DNA of 64,000 nt from Obrimoposthia wandeli (Eukaryota): contig CDROCS010000052.1 in NCBI GenBank assembly GCA_977020255.1, forward strand, positions 434,001 to 498,000, in the 5' to 3' direction. A program made the translations under genes and the position numbers. The notes below the pieces were generated by a model. It was not told the DNA's origin and searched no databases. It saw nothing but the letters and a program-made list of their open reading frames with translations. Positions 12,714-25,174 of the stretch are shown in pieces (positions within the stretch are counted from its first letter, which is position 1; every line of letters starts with the position of its first letter).

Positions 12714-14842
12714 ATGGCAAATTTCAACAACGTCGATTTGGATGAAGAGATGGAGGTACATCTATATGGGGATCTCTCTCCAGTACAGCAGCGAACGCCA
12801 CCACCGGCGCAATACATGGACTTACTTAGTCAAGACTCGTCGGTGGTGAGCGAAAGAGTCGAAGGAGAAGCAGCAGCAAGAGCGGAGCTGTTAAAAGAAG
12901 AACCGCCATTGGCCAGCTCAACTCCGAGAGAAGAACCAAAGAGCGTGAGAGGTGGGGTACAGAGATCCCAATATATCGACCTGACTAGGCAGGTTTCGAT
13001 TGAGAATTGGGAAGACTGTACTCCCAGGCAGAACACAAAACCTACTCGTCCGGCAACTTCAGCAGTAGCAGCAAGGAGATCCAATCTCTTCGAGAATTTT
13101 GAGGCGGCAATGAAACGCCCCTGGAAATTGATCCCGCTGTCTCAGCCGGAGATAGTACTCGCACCAGACTCAGACGAGGAGCTATTCACCGATGACGTTC
13201 CGTCGGATGGTGAGGAGGACTTGACTCCATTCATTGATGAATGGAAACAGCCAAGTATCAGAGCACCAGGAGCCAACGATTCGATGGTGGCAGAATTGGA
13301 CGAGGACGAGTGGCGCCTGTTCACCGATGATTGGGATGATCTCACTCCCACTGCAACTCCTACTCCGATAGCCGACAATACGGTGCCTGATCCGTTCAGA
13401 GGCCGCAATCTCCGATACGTCCTGTTAGGAGAATAAAGGCGACGAATGAGGTTAGTCTATTAATTTATTTAAAATGTTTTTTAATTTCATTTTTAGAAAC
13501 TTCACTGGATTTGGCATCGTCAGTGACCACGGCGGAGAGGCTGATTGAACCGCAGTACTTGGCGAGTCAATATAGCCAGGATGATCCCAGGAGTGAGCAG
13601 CGATACCTACCGACTCCGGATAAATTTGAGGTAAATTATTATAAATTAGTTAATAATTTTAATTATTCACATAGGAACACGAATTGGTGGAGGAAATTTG
13701 GGAGGAGGCAACTCTCAGTCTACCCGTCGATAGGAAACAAGCGGTGGTTAAGAAACCTCGACGCCATCGGGTCAAAACCCACACGGTCCATCGGAAGAAG
13801 GCCAAGTTGGCGAAACAGGCTAACCTGCCCGTCATTGAGGTAAATTATTTTTATGTTTAAATTTTATTGATGTTTTTTGTTCCAGGAACCAATACAATTA
13901 ACTGAGGAGATATGGTGCAAAATTTATCCTTTCCCGCAAAAGCGAACGAGGTGGGCTGCTGTACGGAAGACGAGGCGTCTTAGAAAGGCAAAATCTTGTC
14001 TGCTCAAATCGGCCGAAGTAACGATAGAGCGGCAGGAAAGACTATCCGTATCAGATTATTGAGGTAAATTTTTAGATATTTAAATATTTTTTAAATAAAT
14101 GAACTTTATTAAAAATTTTATTAATGTTTTCTTTTACAGGAACCCGTCCGGATAATTGAGGAGACTTGGGGAGAAATCACTCCTTTTCCCAAGAAACGGC
14201 GAAGCGAGCAGAGGTGAAGAAGACGAAAAAAGACGCTCGAGAAAATTTAGCACCTCATTTCTTCTGAGGCGGTGATTGGACAGAAGGAGATTCTCCCATC
14301 TCCAGTGGACGACGGTTCAATTCTATACGAGAGGATCCCAGTCTCACCGATCGAGATTAGTCCGCCATCAAGTCAACGACGCCTGCAGGAGACATCACCG
14401 GCTTCTTCTCGTCCAACAACCAGCCAGAACTTAAAGAGGGCCTGGGATGAAGCTGGATTGGATGAATTCCTTGCGGAACTGGATACACCGGCAAGGCTTC
14501 CAGATTCGCGAATGCAACAAGATGCCGTGTCACGCCAGCTTCAGCGTGAGAAGGAGGAGAAACAGAAGAAAGCTCCGCGGAAGAGGAAGGCTACTGCTTC
14601 TATGTCGGGGCCATCAACATCGGCTGCACCTCCTCCCAAAAAGTTGCGGCAACTATTGCCAAAACCTGAGGGAAGGACAATTGCTACAAACCAACTGGTG
14701 AATCCGAAAAAGAAACCGGGCGGCCAAAGAAGGAGCCAGTACCGCTTTCTCAAATAATACTTAGTCGGAGGGATTTCGATGAGGATGATCCCAATGAAGA
14801 CTTTGTAAAGATTTTTAAGAATATAATTTATAAAAATTAATT
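12714..14842 (+). pseudogene. Five-exon intrinsically disordered protein gene of the Polinton (copy A), several 1-nt frameshifts
   Basis: Exons 12714-13450, 13497-13630, 13675-13839, 13886-14063 and 14140-~14842. GT-AG AT-rich introns of 46, 44, 46 and 76 nt. TATATAA at 12672. Confidence 0.8.
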
Positions 14843-15120
14843 TCATATGTTTTCTTCTTAATATTTATTAAAATACCATCTTTAAGTTTATTAAAATATC
14901 AAGATGAAAAAAATAGTTAATTTATTCGACTGTGATTGGATTAATAAGGAATCATTTAAATTTTTTTAGGTTTAAATATAAATGCAATGATTAGTTATAG
15001 ATTTATTAAACTTTCATTTGATACATAAAAATATATCATTTAATTGCCTGTGATTGGATTAAAAATATCTTAAATTTATATATATAGGTTCAAATTTATT
15101 AACCTCTCCATAATTTAAAA

Positions 15121-15426
15121 ATGGAATTCATTAAATTGCAAAGTTTGGTAACGAAGATAGAAGCAAACATCAGAATAAATGAGAAGAAAGGGGACTTAAG
15201 AAAGAGGGTCCTCAATCAAAATTTGTATACTGCTGTCGCGACCGAGTGGAATCGCCGGGTGGAGATACAGGATAGGAGGCTAGCAGAACGCCGTCGAATC
15301 GTGGAGTGGAATAAGAAGATCGAATTGGAAAAAAGGAAGGTGGATGAAAACAGAAGAGAAGAGATGGAGGATATTCGGCGAGTGGCAAGAAAGAGAATCC
15401 TACAAATTAAACCGGAAGAGGTTTAA
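15121..15426 (+). CDS. Small charged coiled-coil protein of the Polinton family (101 aa)
   Basis: Intact ORF, E/K/R-rich, homologous to 1357-1690. TATA-like tatatatag lies upstream. Confidence 0.65.
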   Translation: MEFIKLQSLVTKIEANIRINEKKGDLRKRVLNQNLYTAVATEWNRRVEIQDRRLAERRRIVEWNKKIELEKRKVDENRREEMEDIRRVARKRILQIKPEEV

Positions 15427-15891
15427 TTTGTTTATTTTATTTTTTTTTGATTATTATTTTTTCTTTATTGATTATATATAGTGTTACATAATTGTCTAAA
15501 TATTTTACATAATTGTCTAAATATTTTACATAAGCATACTAAATATAAACAATTTTATATATAATGTTTTTTGTAAAATAGATAATAAAATTTGGAATAA
15601 ATTATACATAAAATTATCTCCAGATTTAATGGAATATCATAAAAAAATTACTTTTCAGAAATTGATACTGAGGGAATTGTTGGAGATAAATTATGTAATT
15701 TAATTTCGAAATTTTTAGGTATGTTTACATTTAATATAATTTATTTTAATATTCTTAGGAGAATTGACAATATATACCAATATTAACATGAAAGACTGAA
15801 TCCTGAGTACTTTGTTATTTTAATAAATTTTTGGTTAATGATTTTTTTTATTCGTTATAAACAAAGGGATTTACTACAAATTTGGGTAATT

Positions 15892-16370
15892 ATGCAGGAA
15901 TATATCATAGATTTTGAGGCTTTCGTTAACAAAAATGGTGAATATATTATAAAAGAATTATGTATTATGGATGTATGCGACGTTTATCCTCCTTTGCATT
16001 TCATATTTCCAATAGATATACCGTTTAAAAGTTTAGATTATAAGAAAGAATTTACTAATTTATATCTAACTAATTACTTTCATTTATTAAAATGAAAAGA
16101 AGGACATAAGGCTTTTTGTGAAATATGTATTTTCGATACAATAAAATCTAATTTTGATATAGAAATGGAATTTTTTATATTTTAGATGAAATGGATGGCT
16201 AAAAGTATAAGACTTTAAAAAAATATTTTCCCAAATTGAGGTTGAATACTTTAAATATTTCAAGTGATCATCTATTAAAAATTCCACGAAATATATGTGT
16301 CCATATCGTAGTCATGGTGACCATTGCGCATATAAAAAAAGTCTTTCTTATTATTATTTGACATGTAGAT
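15892..16370 (+). pseudogene. DEDD/DnaQ-like exonuclease-fold protein of the type seen in invertebrate Mavericks, disrupted
   Basis: MQEYIIDFEAF...GEYIIKELCI (ExoI-like DxE) at the N-terminus and CPYRSHGDHCAYKK at the C-terminus after frameshifts and stops. Assignment is by motif resemblance only. Confidence 0.5.
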
Positions 16371-17974
16371 AAACAATTCTTCTAATTGGAGAAATAAGAT
16401 AATTTAAAAAATCGATTTTTCATCCAATTACAATTGAGCCTTTTAATTGGAGGAATACAATATATTAAAAATAATATTATCAACCAATCACAGATAAACA
16501 ATCCTTCTCAGTGGAGGAATAAATTCAATTTTGTAATCCAATAGGAAAGAGCATGTGTGCATAAATTTTAGTATATAAGCAAACACTTTCTTCATTAAAA
16601 TCCCTGACTATTTGAAATAATGACTATGGTAAGAATCTATACTTATTATTTCTTTATTGTACGACTGTATCTCATATATTCTGATCATTAGAACTTCTAA
16701 ATCAGAAAGTTATCAAAATATCGTTTGTCCTAAAATATGTATTTATATTTCTGAGTCTATTGTCAGTGGAACACTATTGAATATGGCTCCTAAATCTACA
16801 TCAAGGCCTATCATATTTCTGTTGACTCCACTCTTTATGTAAACGAAACATGATATCCGTGAATATTTGAAATAAAACAATGCAAAAGATTTTTGAATTT
16901 TTCAGAATAACTCATTGAAAAATTACCTAGATTCATGACAATACTCGTCTCACGATTAGTGACTGAATTTATTTTCTTTGAGTCACAAGAAGTTGTTCGT
17001 CAGGAACGATATTTAATCTGGAATATGTTTGAATATATTTCAATCTAGAACCAACGGAAATTGATTTTAATAACTTTTTCCTTAAACCGTTTTTGTCGAA
17101 ATTCAGTGCAATTCATGTATCTAAATATGTTATGTTTTTGATGGAGTTGGTTTTCAAGACCAATGATTGGATCGCGGGTCTTACTAGTTGCAAATGGTAC
17201 ATTCTACTGCAGCACCTTGTGGCACGTAACTTATCCTGAGACTTTCTGAACAGGATCAAACATTAATAATTTGTAAGTAGCTGACATGTCTGGAATATAT
17301 ATCGTAACATGACATTAAACCTTAAATTAAAAGCTCACTTAGAGTTCGAATAATGGATACCAGGTGTTAGTTTCAGGAGAAAGTTATTTGCCGCTACTAG
17401 GAACCACTGGTTTCACTTATTACAAGTTGCTCAGGACACGAAATCTATCTGATGACATAATTAAATACTTATTTGAACAAAGATACAAATGGTTTCTTTC
17501 TAAATATTCCTTAGTCGTTAATGCGTAGTAAATAGTCATCATTACACTAATACAACTATTAAACAAATCCATTACTTTTATTTTCTTAAATTGCGATTCC
17601 CCTCCTTATCGTACATCAAATTGGATCAAATATTAAATGCGATAAAAACATTGTAATCTTCTCTAATTTTAGACTCAATACTACACATAAGATATATATC
17701 CTATCTTAAGATAAAATGAAGCTGTAACATTATGAGACGAGCATCGATCCAACGTTTAGTATTACAAAGTAAAATACAAATTTTAAATTTATAAAAATTT
17801 CCAAATTAAAATATGATTTTTTTTGGTTAATACAATTTTGTTAAAAAAGATTTAATCATTTCCACACGGCTAACATATTGAAACATTGTAAATTTCGATG
17901 TTTTAAATCTCATAAATAATAAGAGTACTATTATTTGTTTGAGGATAAACAACCGATCAAAAGAAGATGTAGCT

Positions 17975-20900
17975 CTATTCTGTCGCTTGAGATTTTCCAG
18001 TGACATTGGTAACCTTCGTGACTTCTAGGAGACGCAGTACGGCGTCCCTGTATTCGTTCATGTCTTCCACACTCTGGGAACCGCTTTCACCTCTTTGAGT
18101 CGATCTTGAGTAGAGCGTGCCCACTGCATTGCGCATTTGGTCTCGCAACTCAACAACCTCTGGTTCGCTCCCGCTCATCTGACACAATGGTAATTCGGAA
18201 GTTATAAATGCTAATTATCATATTATTCTAATTATCATATAATAGATATGAATGATATGAATGATCGTAAGGCGAATATTTTGTTGTAGTATGTTTAATT
18301 AATGTGCCAAATTCTACATTTTTGCTGTTCGAGTGGACATAATGAATTTAATTTATCTGCCAGACAATATGATTTCCTGGGATTGGCAGTGGATAATGAC
18401 TGAGTCTAAGATGTACAGAAAAATGGTTATCGGTAAAGCCCGATAAAAAACAGAAAAACTTTTTAAAGTACTTGTTCGTCTTTTAGAGACTTTATTAAGC
18501 GAGTTGCAAAGCAACTGGTGCGACTGCAATTGCCGAATTAACTAAAAATAACTTTAACACTGAATTTCCGCCAATGTGCTAACCACAGGGTGTCCCAAAA
18601 GTAATCAAACTCATAAATAGATTCGTGTTTTCTCGATTTTTCATGTTCTAACAATAGTTCCTTGGTTTATATTTAGTGTATTTACACGACAAATACTTTT
18701 AAGAATGAAGAAAATAAATTTAGATATACATGATCGCATTTTCTTACTAAAAAGTATTATGATAAGACAATTTGGTATTAGAATATTGGGATAAAAATTT
18801 AGATTGCAGCACCTAGAAAATGGATAATTTTCCAACTTATATCAAACTTTGACGCCACAAATCTGCTAGTGCACTCGAGAAGCAGAATTTTGCAGCAGCT
18901 GCATGTGTATAGTCCTAAAAATTGCAAACATCAGGTATTGATAGTTTAACTGATGGAGCATCATGCATGAAATTGGCGTAAAACATGTTAATATAGAAAG
19001 ATTTTGGATTAAAGAAAACAAAAATAGCGGTTGTTTCAATTTTATAAGTTGCATTTCTTAACATAAATTAAAATGGTATTCCCACACACAAGTAGACTTC
19101 CATACTAGTAGCAAAATCTGGAAATGTAGCTAAAATTATTCTCTACTTAATCGAAAGTTTGATAGACTTTTTATTCCTAAATTTATACGAGGTCCTATAA
19201 AACATAATAATTAAATAGCATCTTTAAAATATTTATTGACAGTGAGATTCTTATACCAAACTAACTCTGCCTAGGTTTTCATTTATTTAAAAAAAAATTA
19301 TTATGTGATTTTTTTAAAGAAATATTTTTTCACTATATAATTTTTCCTTTATATGCTTTTGCTTGAAGGAGGTCTTAAGAACTTTATTACTAGCCTTTTT
19401 AATATTATAATCAGATTGGAGTACTAAAGTTCTTAATAAAACATAAATATTTGTTATTGAACTGATTTTTGTAATAAATTCATGCATGTAACAAGAAAAA
19501 ATTATTTTTAATACGTCTCTAATTTTTTGGCTCTAGTGTGCTGCGAATCAAAACGTTTGCTAACTGCTGATCTAGAGTCCAATTAGACTATGAGTCTACG
19601 CAATCTGGATACCAGTTTCTTGTTAGTTTTAGACTTTTCTTAGCGTATATATTAATCAGTTTATAGTGATAGATACCATTATTTTGCACTTGCGCCAAAA
19701 TGTCCAAAAAAACACTACAATTAAATAACTGTAGTGCGTCGGGGATTTGCAAAGAGATCTCGTAAAGAAAGAGTTCTCATAATTTTAAAGAAACTGGAAG
19801 TCTGAAGGATGCAACCAAGTCAGGTAGAACTTCAATTGAAGCTCATTTTGAAGAAAATCGCAAATCTTCACTCAGACAAACTACCAGGAAACTCAATGCT
19901 TCTCATAACCTTCCATCAAGTTGTGCGACATGAGCATAAGTTTTCTTCTAAATACTGTTAAATAATATCATAACATGACATGTTAGATTGTATTATTTTT
20001 TGAAACGGATTTGAATTCTTTTATTAAATTAGTTTAGAGTCCAGCTAATAAATTTAGGTACGATATAATAAAAATAGTTTTAATTAATGTACAGTTACGA
20101 AGCTACCGAATACCTTGCACTGGTCGACAAAGGTATCCATGTTGTCCTTGAATCTGGACTTGTCCCACTGGTACTCCATCCAGTCGGCCTCAGCTTGCTC
20201 AGTCTCCCAGTTCTCGAATTTCTGTACACAAAAGAGAGTGAAGATCCCTACAAATGACAATGAGACATGATTGTAAATTTGTTATTACTAGATGGCTTAT
20301 AAAAGTCATTTATTGTCCGACAATACAAGATACGGGAAAGATATTTCCCAGTCACATAAACTCTGCAACAATAGTCAGTGATATTCAATCGGTTTTGAGA
20401 CAAATTATACCGTGTCTTTCGGAACAGGGCAAAGTACGACGGAAATAGTTAGATATTCTGTTTTCACGGTTTCTTATGCGGTGAACTTAAAGATACATTT
20501 ATAGTTAGTAAATCAGTTTAAAATAGATTAAATTGGGATATTTTGCGATTATTGAAGATGAGTTTTAGAAAAGATGTGACTATATCCGCTATGTGACTAT
20601 ATGTATCCTAACCCTTTTTTCATAAGATAACGCACATGGTATTTCTGATATTTATTTGTCATTAGTGCCTTGCTAGCACTTTTTTATTAATGTTCCTAAA
20701 TTGAAAATTTTATTTCATTTGTTTTCTGATACAAATAAATAAAGAGTCTAGAAACTATTTTGGCATCTACTTATAGCTGGATCTATTCCACATTAAGTGC
20801 AATATAAATTGTGTGCTCTTACCTTGGACTCTTTGAGCAGGGCTGTGAGAAGATAGGTGAGATAGTCGCGATTCTGTTGTCTGGTTGGACATCGATCAGC

Positions 20901-23527
20901 GCTGATGATGAGCAGATCCTTCTCTCGTTGGTAGCAATTGCGACCGACAAGTTTCAGAAGTTTGGAGCGTTCCCGAACATCAAGATTTAGGTGTCGCATC
21001 TCCAGCTTGAAAGAAAATGTTAACATGAGTGGTGGACGTAAGAAACTACAGAGATGGTGATAGAGTGAGTATAGGGTTAGTAAAGTTTATCAGTGCGTGT
21101 ATAAGTTAGAAAATGGTTGTTTTAAATGTAAAAAGTATAAAATTCTAAAATAACAACAATGCTAAGGCATGTGATTATTACGTTAAGACTTGATTTTTAA
21201 ATTTCTTTGCTGTTTAATATTCCAGTTAACCAAATAAATCGACTGTAAAATATTAGAGAAAAGTGCTAGCACAAGCGAACATTTAATGAAGCTCCTTTAA
21301 GTTCCGACCAATGTCAGAATTGAATTCAAGATCCTACTTCTGCAAATATATTTACATAAATTTCTCAAACCTTGTGCAATGAGTTTGACCAGGCAATTGG
21401 TTAATAAATTCTCAAATAACAAACATAGAAATGAAATATTTGAAATTTATGTTCCGAATCTTTACAGTAATCCACCAATAAATAGAAAACATAAAAAAAC
21501 AGCTGAAAACTTTACAATTCAGAGAATAATGCGAAAAATGAAAACAGGGAGCGCTGTGGAGTAATAAATCATATATGTATTATATAGTAGCACTATATCA
21601 AATATAGTATTGTTACTTTGGATATAAACGGGAATTATGAACCACTTACCTCGATGGTTACTTTACGAGCTCTTGGATCTCGAATACTAGGAGCACTGTG
21701 GACGTAATTGCTGTATTTAACGTGAAGGGGAAGGTGGTGGTTGACTGCGACGTCTGTCAATTCCTCAGGCCACTTAGTACAATATTCTGTGAGAAGATAT
21801 AAACGTAGAAGTAAATCTAAAAGATATTAAGAAAGTGATTAAATTGATGGTAGAAATGTTAATAAAATTAGATTAAGAAGAAGATTTTTACACATTTAGA
21901 TCGAAATTTATGTACTGAATAAATACAAAGATATATTATTTGGTCTTTTGAGATTAATAAAAAATACAATTGAATATGTAGTGAAACGTACTCTTCATTG
22001 CCTTGCAATGTTTCTCGATATGCCGTGGTGTCAGATGCAAGAAGTTTGGAATTTTCAAGAGCTCTCGGTTACCATACTTGCCTGGTGGCTGATGATTGTT
22101 CTCTTCTGAGTTCTGAGCACAATATGGTATTAAGTAAGTGCGTGAGAAATGCAAAAATATAAATACTGTCAAAGATTTTAATGGTAAATCATTTCACACT
22201 AAAATAAAAGTCGTCTATATTTGATACAGACCATAAAAAATTGCTCATAACATTCAGAATCCTTTCTTCCCTACAAAAATGTCTGACTACACCGCATGAA
22301 AACTTTTAACTTCAAAATGAAGTTCATAATAATGCGTATGCGGGATAGTGATGCTTACTAATATGCACTAGTTTACACAAACTGCTGCTGTTTAATGCAT
22401 CTTTTGACAACAGGTGTAGAATAAATCCTCATATTAAATGACCACAGCAAATTAATCAAATTTTAGGACAAGACAACCTCACTGATTGCATTACAAAATA
22501 TTATCTGCCCCTATTACATGTTTGAAAAAATCAGTTTTAAAAAGGTTAAAATTTAGACTTTAGAACCAGAACCATATTTCTTAATCTTTCAGAAGTTAAG
22601 TTAAAACAGGAAACTTTTGTCGAACCCAAATATAAAAAGACTCAAGGTTTCTCGTTTTCCTAATCACAAAGTGTTAGAGGCGTACGGGAGTGAAAATGTC
22701 AAGGACACTTTTCTCGGGCGCTACCATGTTATTTCCGACATGATTTAGGCGAACAAGTTCTTAGTAGAAAAAAGTTGTTATCAAGGTCGAACTGATGAAA
22801 GAAATGACAGCTGATGTATGCAAATAGTTTATTAGATATATTTTATTTGTATTTTCTTACTTTATATCGCATTTCAGATCCAGATCCCAAATATATGTGT
22901 TACTTTATGGAAATGACTTCCAAATTCGAAATCAGTGCTACAAAACCAACAGATTGACATAATGAGATGCTGGATTAAATTAAACTTCGTGCAGAGCTAC
23001 CTAAAAATCAAAATAATACTTTAAGCTTAACGATCTTTCAAATTTATTATGTAAACTTATGGAAGTAGAAATAAAGCAATGTTCATTTTAATTTTAAGTA
23101 AACATTTCATTTATTATTTCAAAGTTTTTCCACTATGTTTGTCAAAAAAGACCTGAATATTAAATAAACAATATTTTCGAACTTTGCTGAAACCCTGATA
23201 TAAGGGTATGGGTACGGCACTATAATTAAATGATGTTGCTGCTGGCCACAGATTAGTCCAATCGGCATCTTCGCGTATTTCTTCATAACGCGGTTGACTT
23301 TTCTACACATATTTGATAAAATATACATAAGCAAATATAGTTCAACCTTATATACACGAAACGGTTTTTTAAATCTCGATGAATCTTCAACCCCCGGGAT
23401 ATAAAAAGGTTTAAACACTCTACCTATTATGTTTTAAATGGTTTACATAATGTTAAAATATCTTACAATATTGTATTTCAAAGTTTTGCACAATTTTGAA
23501 ATTATTAGAAAACAGTATTCGTTTCAT
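17975..23527 (-). CDS. MRPS35: Mitochondrial ribosomal protein S35 (mS35), 8 exons, 336 aa
   Basis: Exons 23527-23467, 23423-23347, 23302-23183, 22112-21992, 21786-21650, 21005-20823, 20221-20114 and 18178-17975 total 1011 nt with consistent phases and GT-AG sites. Motifs [68 protein letters not shown]. The first two exons are less certain. Confidence 0.93.
19720..19930 (+). mobile_element. Tc1/mariner transposase N-terminal (HTH) relic in an MRPS35 intron
   Basis: [16 protein letters not shown]...[20 protein letters not shown] resembles the FRETGSV.D.PRSGRP..SLR..A..L motif. Confidence 0.5.
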
Positions 23528-25174
23528 TGATATTCAATAAATGAATTATTATATTTTTAATATTTATAAGTTTAAATGAATATGATTTATTTTAGAAAAT
23601 ATGAATATTTTTAGAAAAGTTCTAAGCGAATAAAATTATTTAAAAATTTAGTTAAAATAATAATATATCAAAATTTAAATTATATATTTGTATTTACTAC
23701 TTTTAACAATCAAGATAGAGTTCTCCATTTCATACGTTTAATTAAACACAGAGTTCTTTAAATTATTATATTTTGAATTTGTATAATATAATTTAATTTC
23801 AAACACATTATTTAAACTTACTTATGATTTTAGCCGTTTATCTGAAAATATATACTTCAATTTTTTTCACTATTCACAAATATAATATTTAAAAATCCTT
23901 GAACTCCTTTGATCTAAGCGTATCTTATATTAAAAGTGTGTAATACTTTTTGAATTTTATCTATTTATTTTTGATTTTGATTTTGATTCCATGTAATGGT
24001 AAATTTTGAAATTTTAATATATATCGGTAAATAAAATTAAGTTGTGTATTGTTTTATTTTAAAATTAATTATTTTGTATTAATAGGTTATTTCCATTCCA
24101 ACTAATAAAAACAAATTATTAATGAATAAAAAATATATTAAATATATGATTAAGTCCAAATTAATACATACGTTTACGACTTGTAATCTACAATTTAATT
24201 TATATTCATGCTATAATTTTTTAAAATCTTATAAAAACTTGTAAAGTTTTTACCATCCCATCTGCATTAGGTTAAAAGGAATTAATTTACAAATCTAGAA
24301 TTAATTTTAATTAAGTTGTAATGTTATATTAATATAGTAAATATCTTTAAAAGCTATTTAAATAATGTATTTTTTAACATTTCTTTCAAAGCTGTTTTTA
24401 AAATATACTTTATTTAGATAATAACACATAATTAAATAGTGTATTTTTAATAATTATATTCACTATAAAATAAATATTATAAATAAATATTAAAATTAAG
24501 CTAATACTGATATTTTGAAAAACTATTGTTAGCTTGATAGATATTACTTAGAAAAATACTAATAACATTAATTAGTTAAACTTAATCGCTATTAAATATA
24601 TTAAATTTTATAGTATAAATAATAATTAATTTGTTCATTTCAAGTCAAAATTGTTCCCTTATTTGTAAACCACTATTAATTATTTAAAACGACAATATGT
24701 TTGATATAAACATATATTTTAGCAGACTTGTATTTTGCAACTTAATTATGATATAAATATTTGAAAAATCAGAAGATTTCGTATAATGTTTTGCCTTTTA
24801 AATTTAAAACAAAATATGTTGATTAATATTATTTGAATGTTAAATCAGCAATTTTTATTATCATCTTATTTTCTAATATTTTTCAATACATATAAATATT
24901 TAAATATTGCTTAATTTTAGTTATTAAATTTTTGAATAAAATTTATTGTTTTTCTAATTTTATTTAATTAACATTTTAAAAGCGCGATATTTTAAGATTT
25001 TTGTATATCATAATTATTCACACATTAGCTGGAAAACATCACAGTTTGTGTTAGGTTCTCACTGAAATTTTCTTTTGATAGAATAAAATTTACCTATCAT
25101 ATATTTAAATTAAATTCAACTGTTTAGTAAGTTTTTCTCTTTATTTACTATATTTATTTGGTAAGGAACAGAAA

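Larger units (their letters stand above)
11800..16400 (+). mobile_element. Truncated Polinton/Maverick arm (copy A); right boundary uncertain
   Basis: Starts AGTAGGTGGATGTGTCCGGTCTAATCCAC. 11800-14750 is an inverted homolog of 46030-48494. Carries the spliced gene, the coiled-coil ORF and an exonuclease-like ORF. No second terminus found. Confidence 0.85.
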
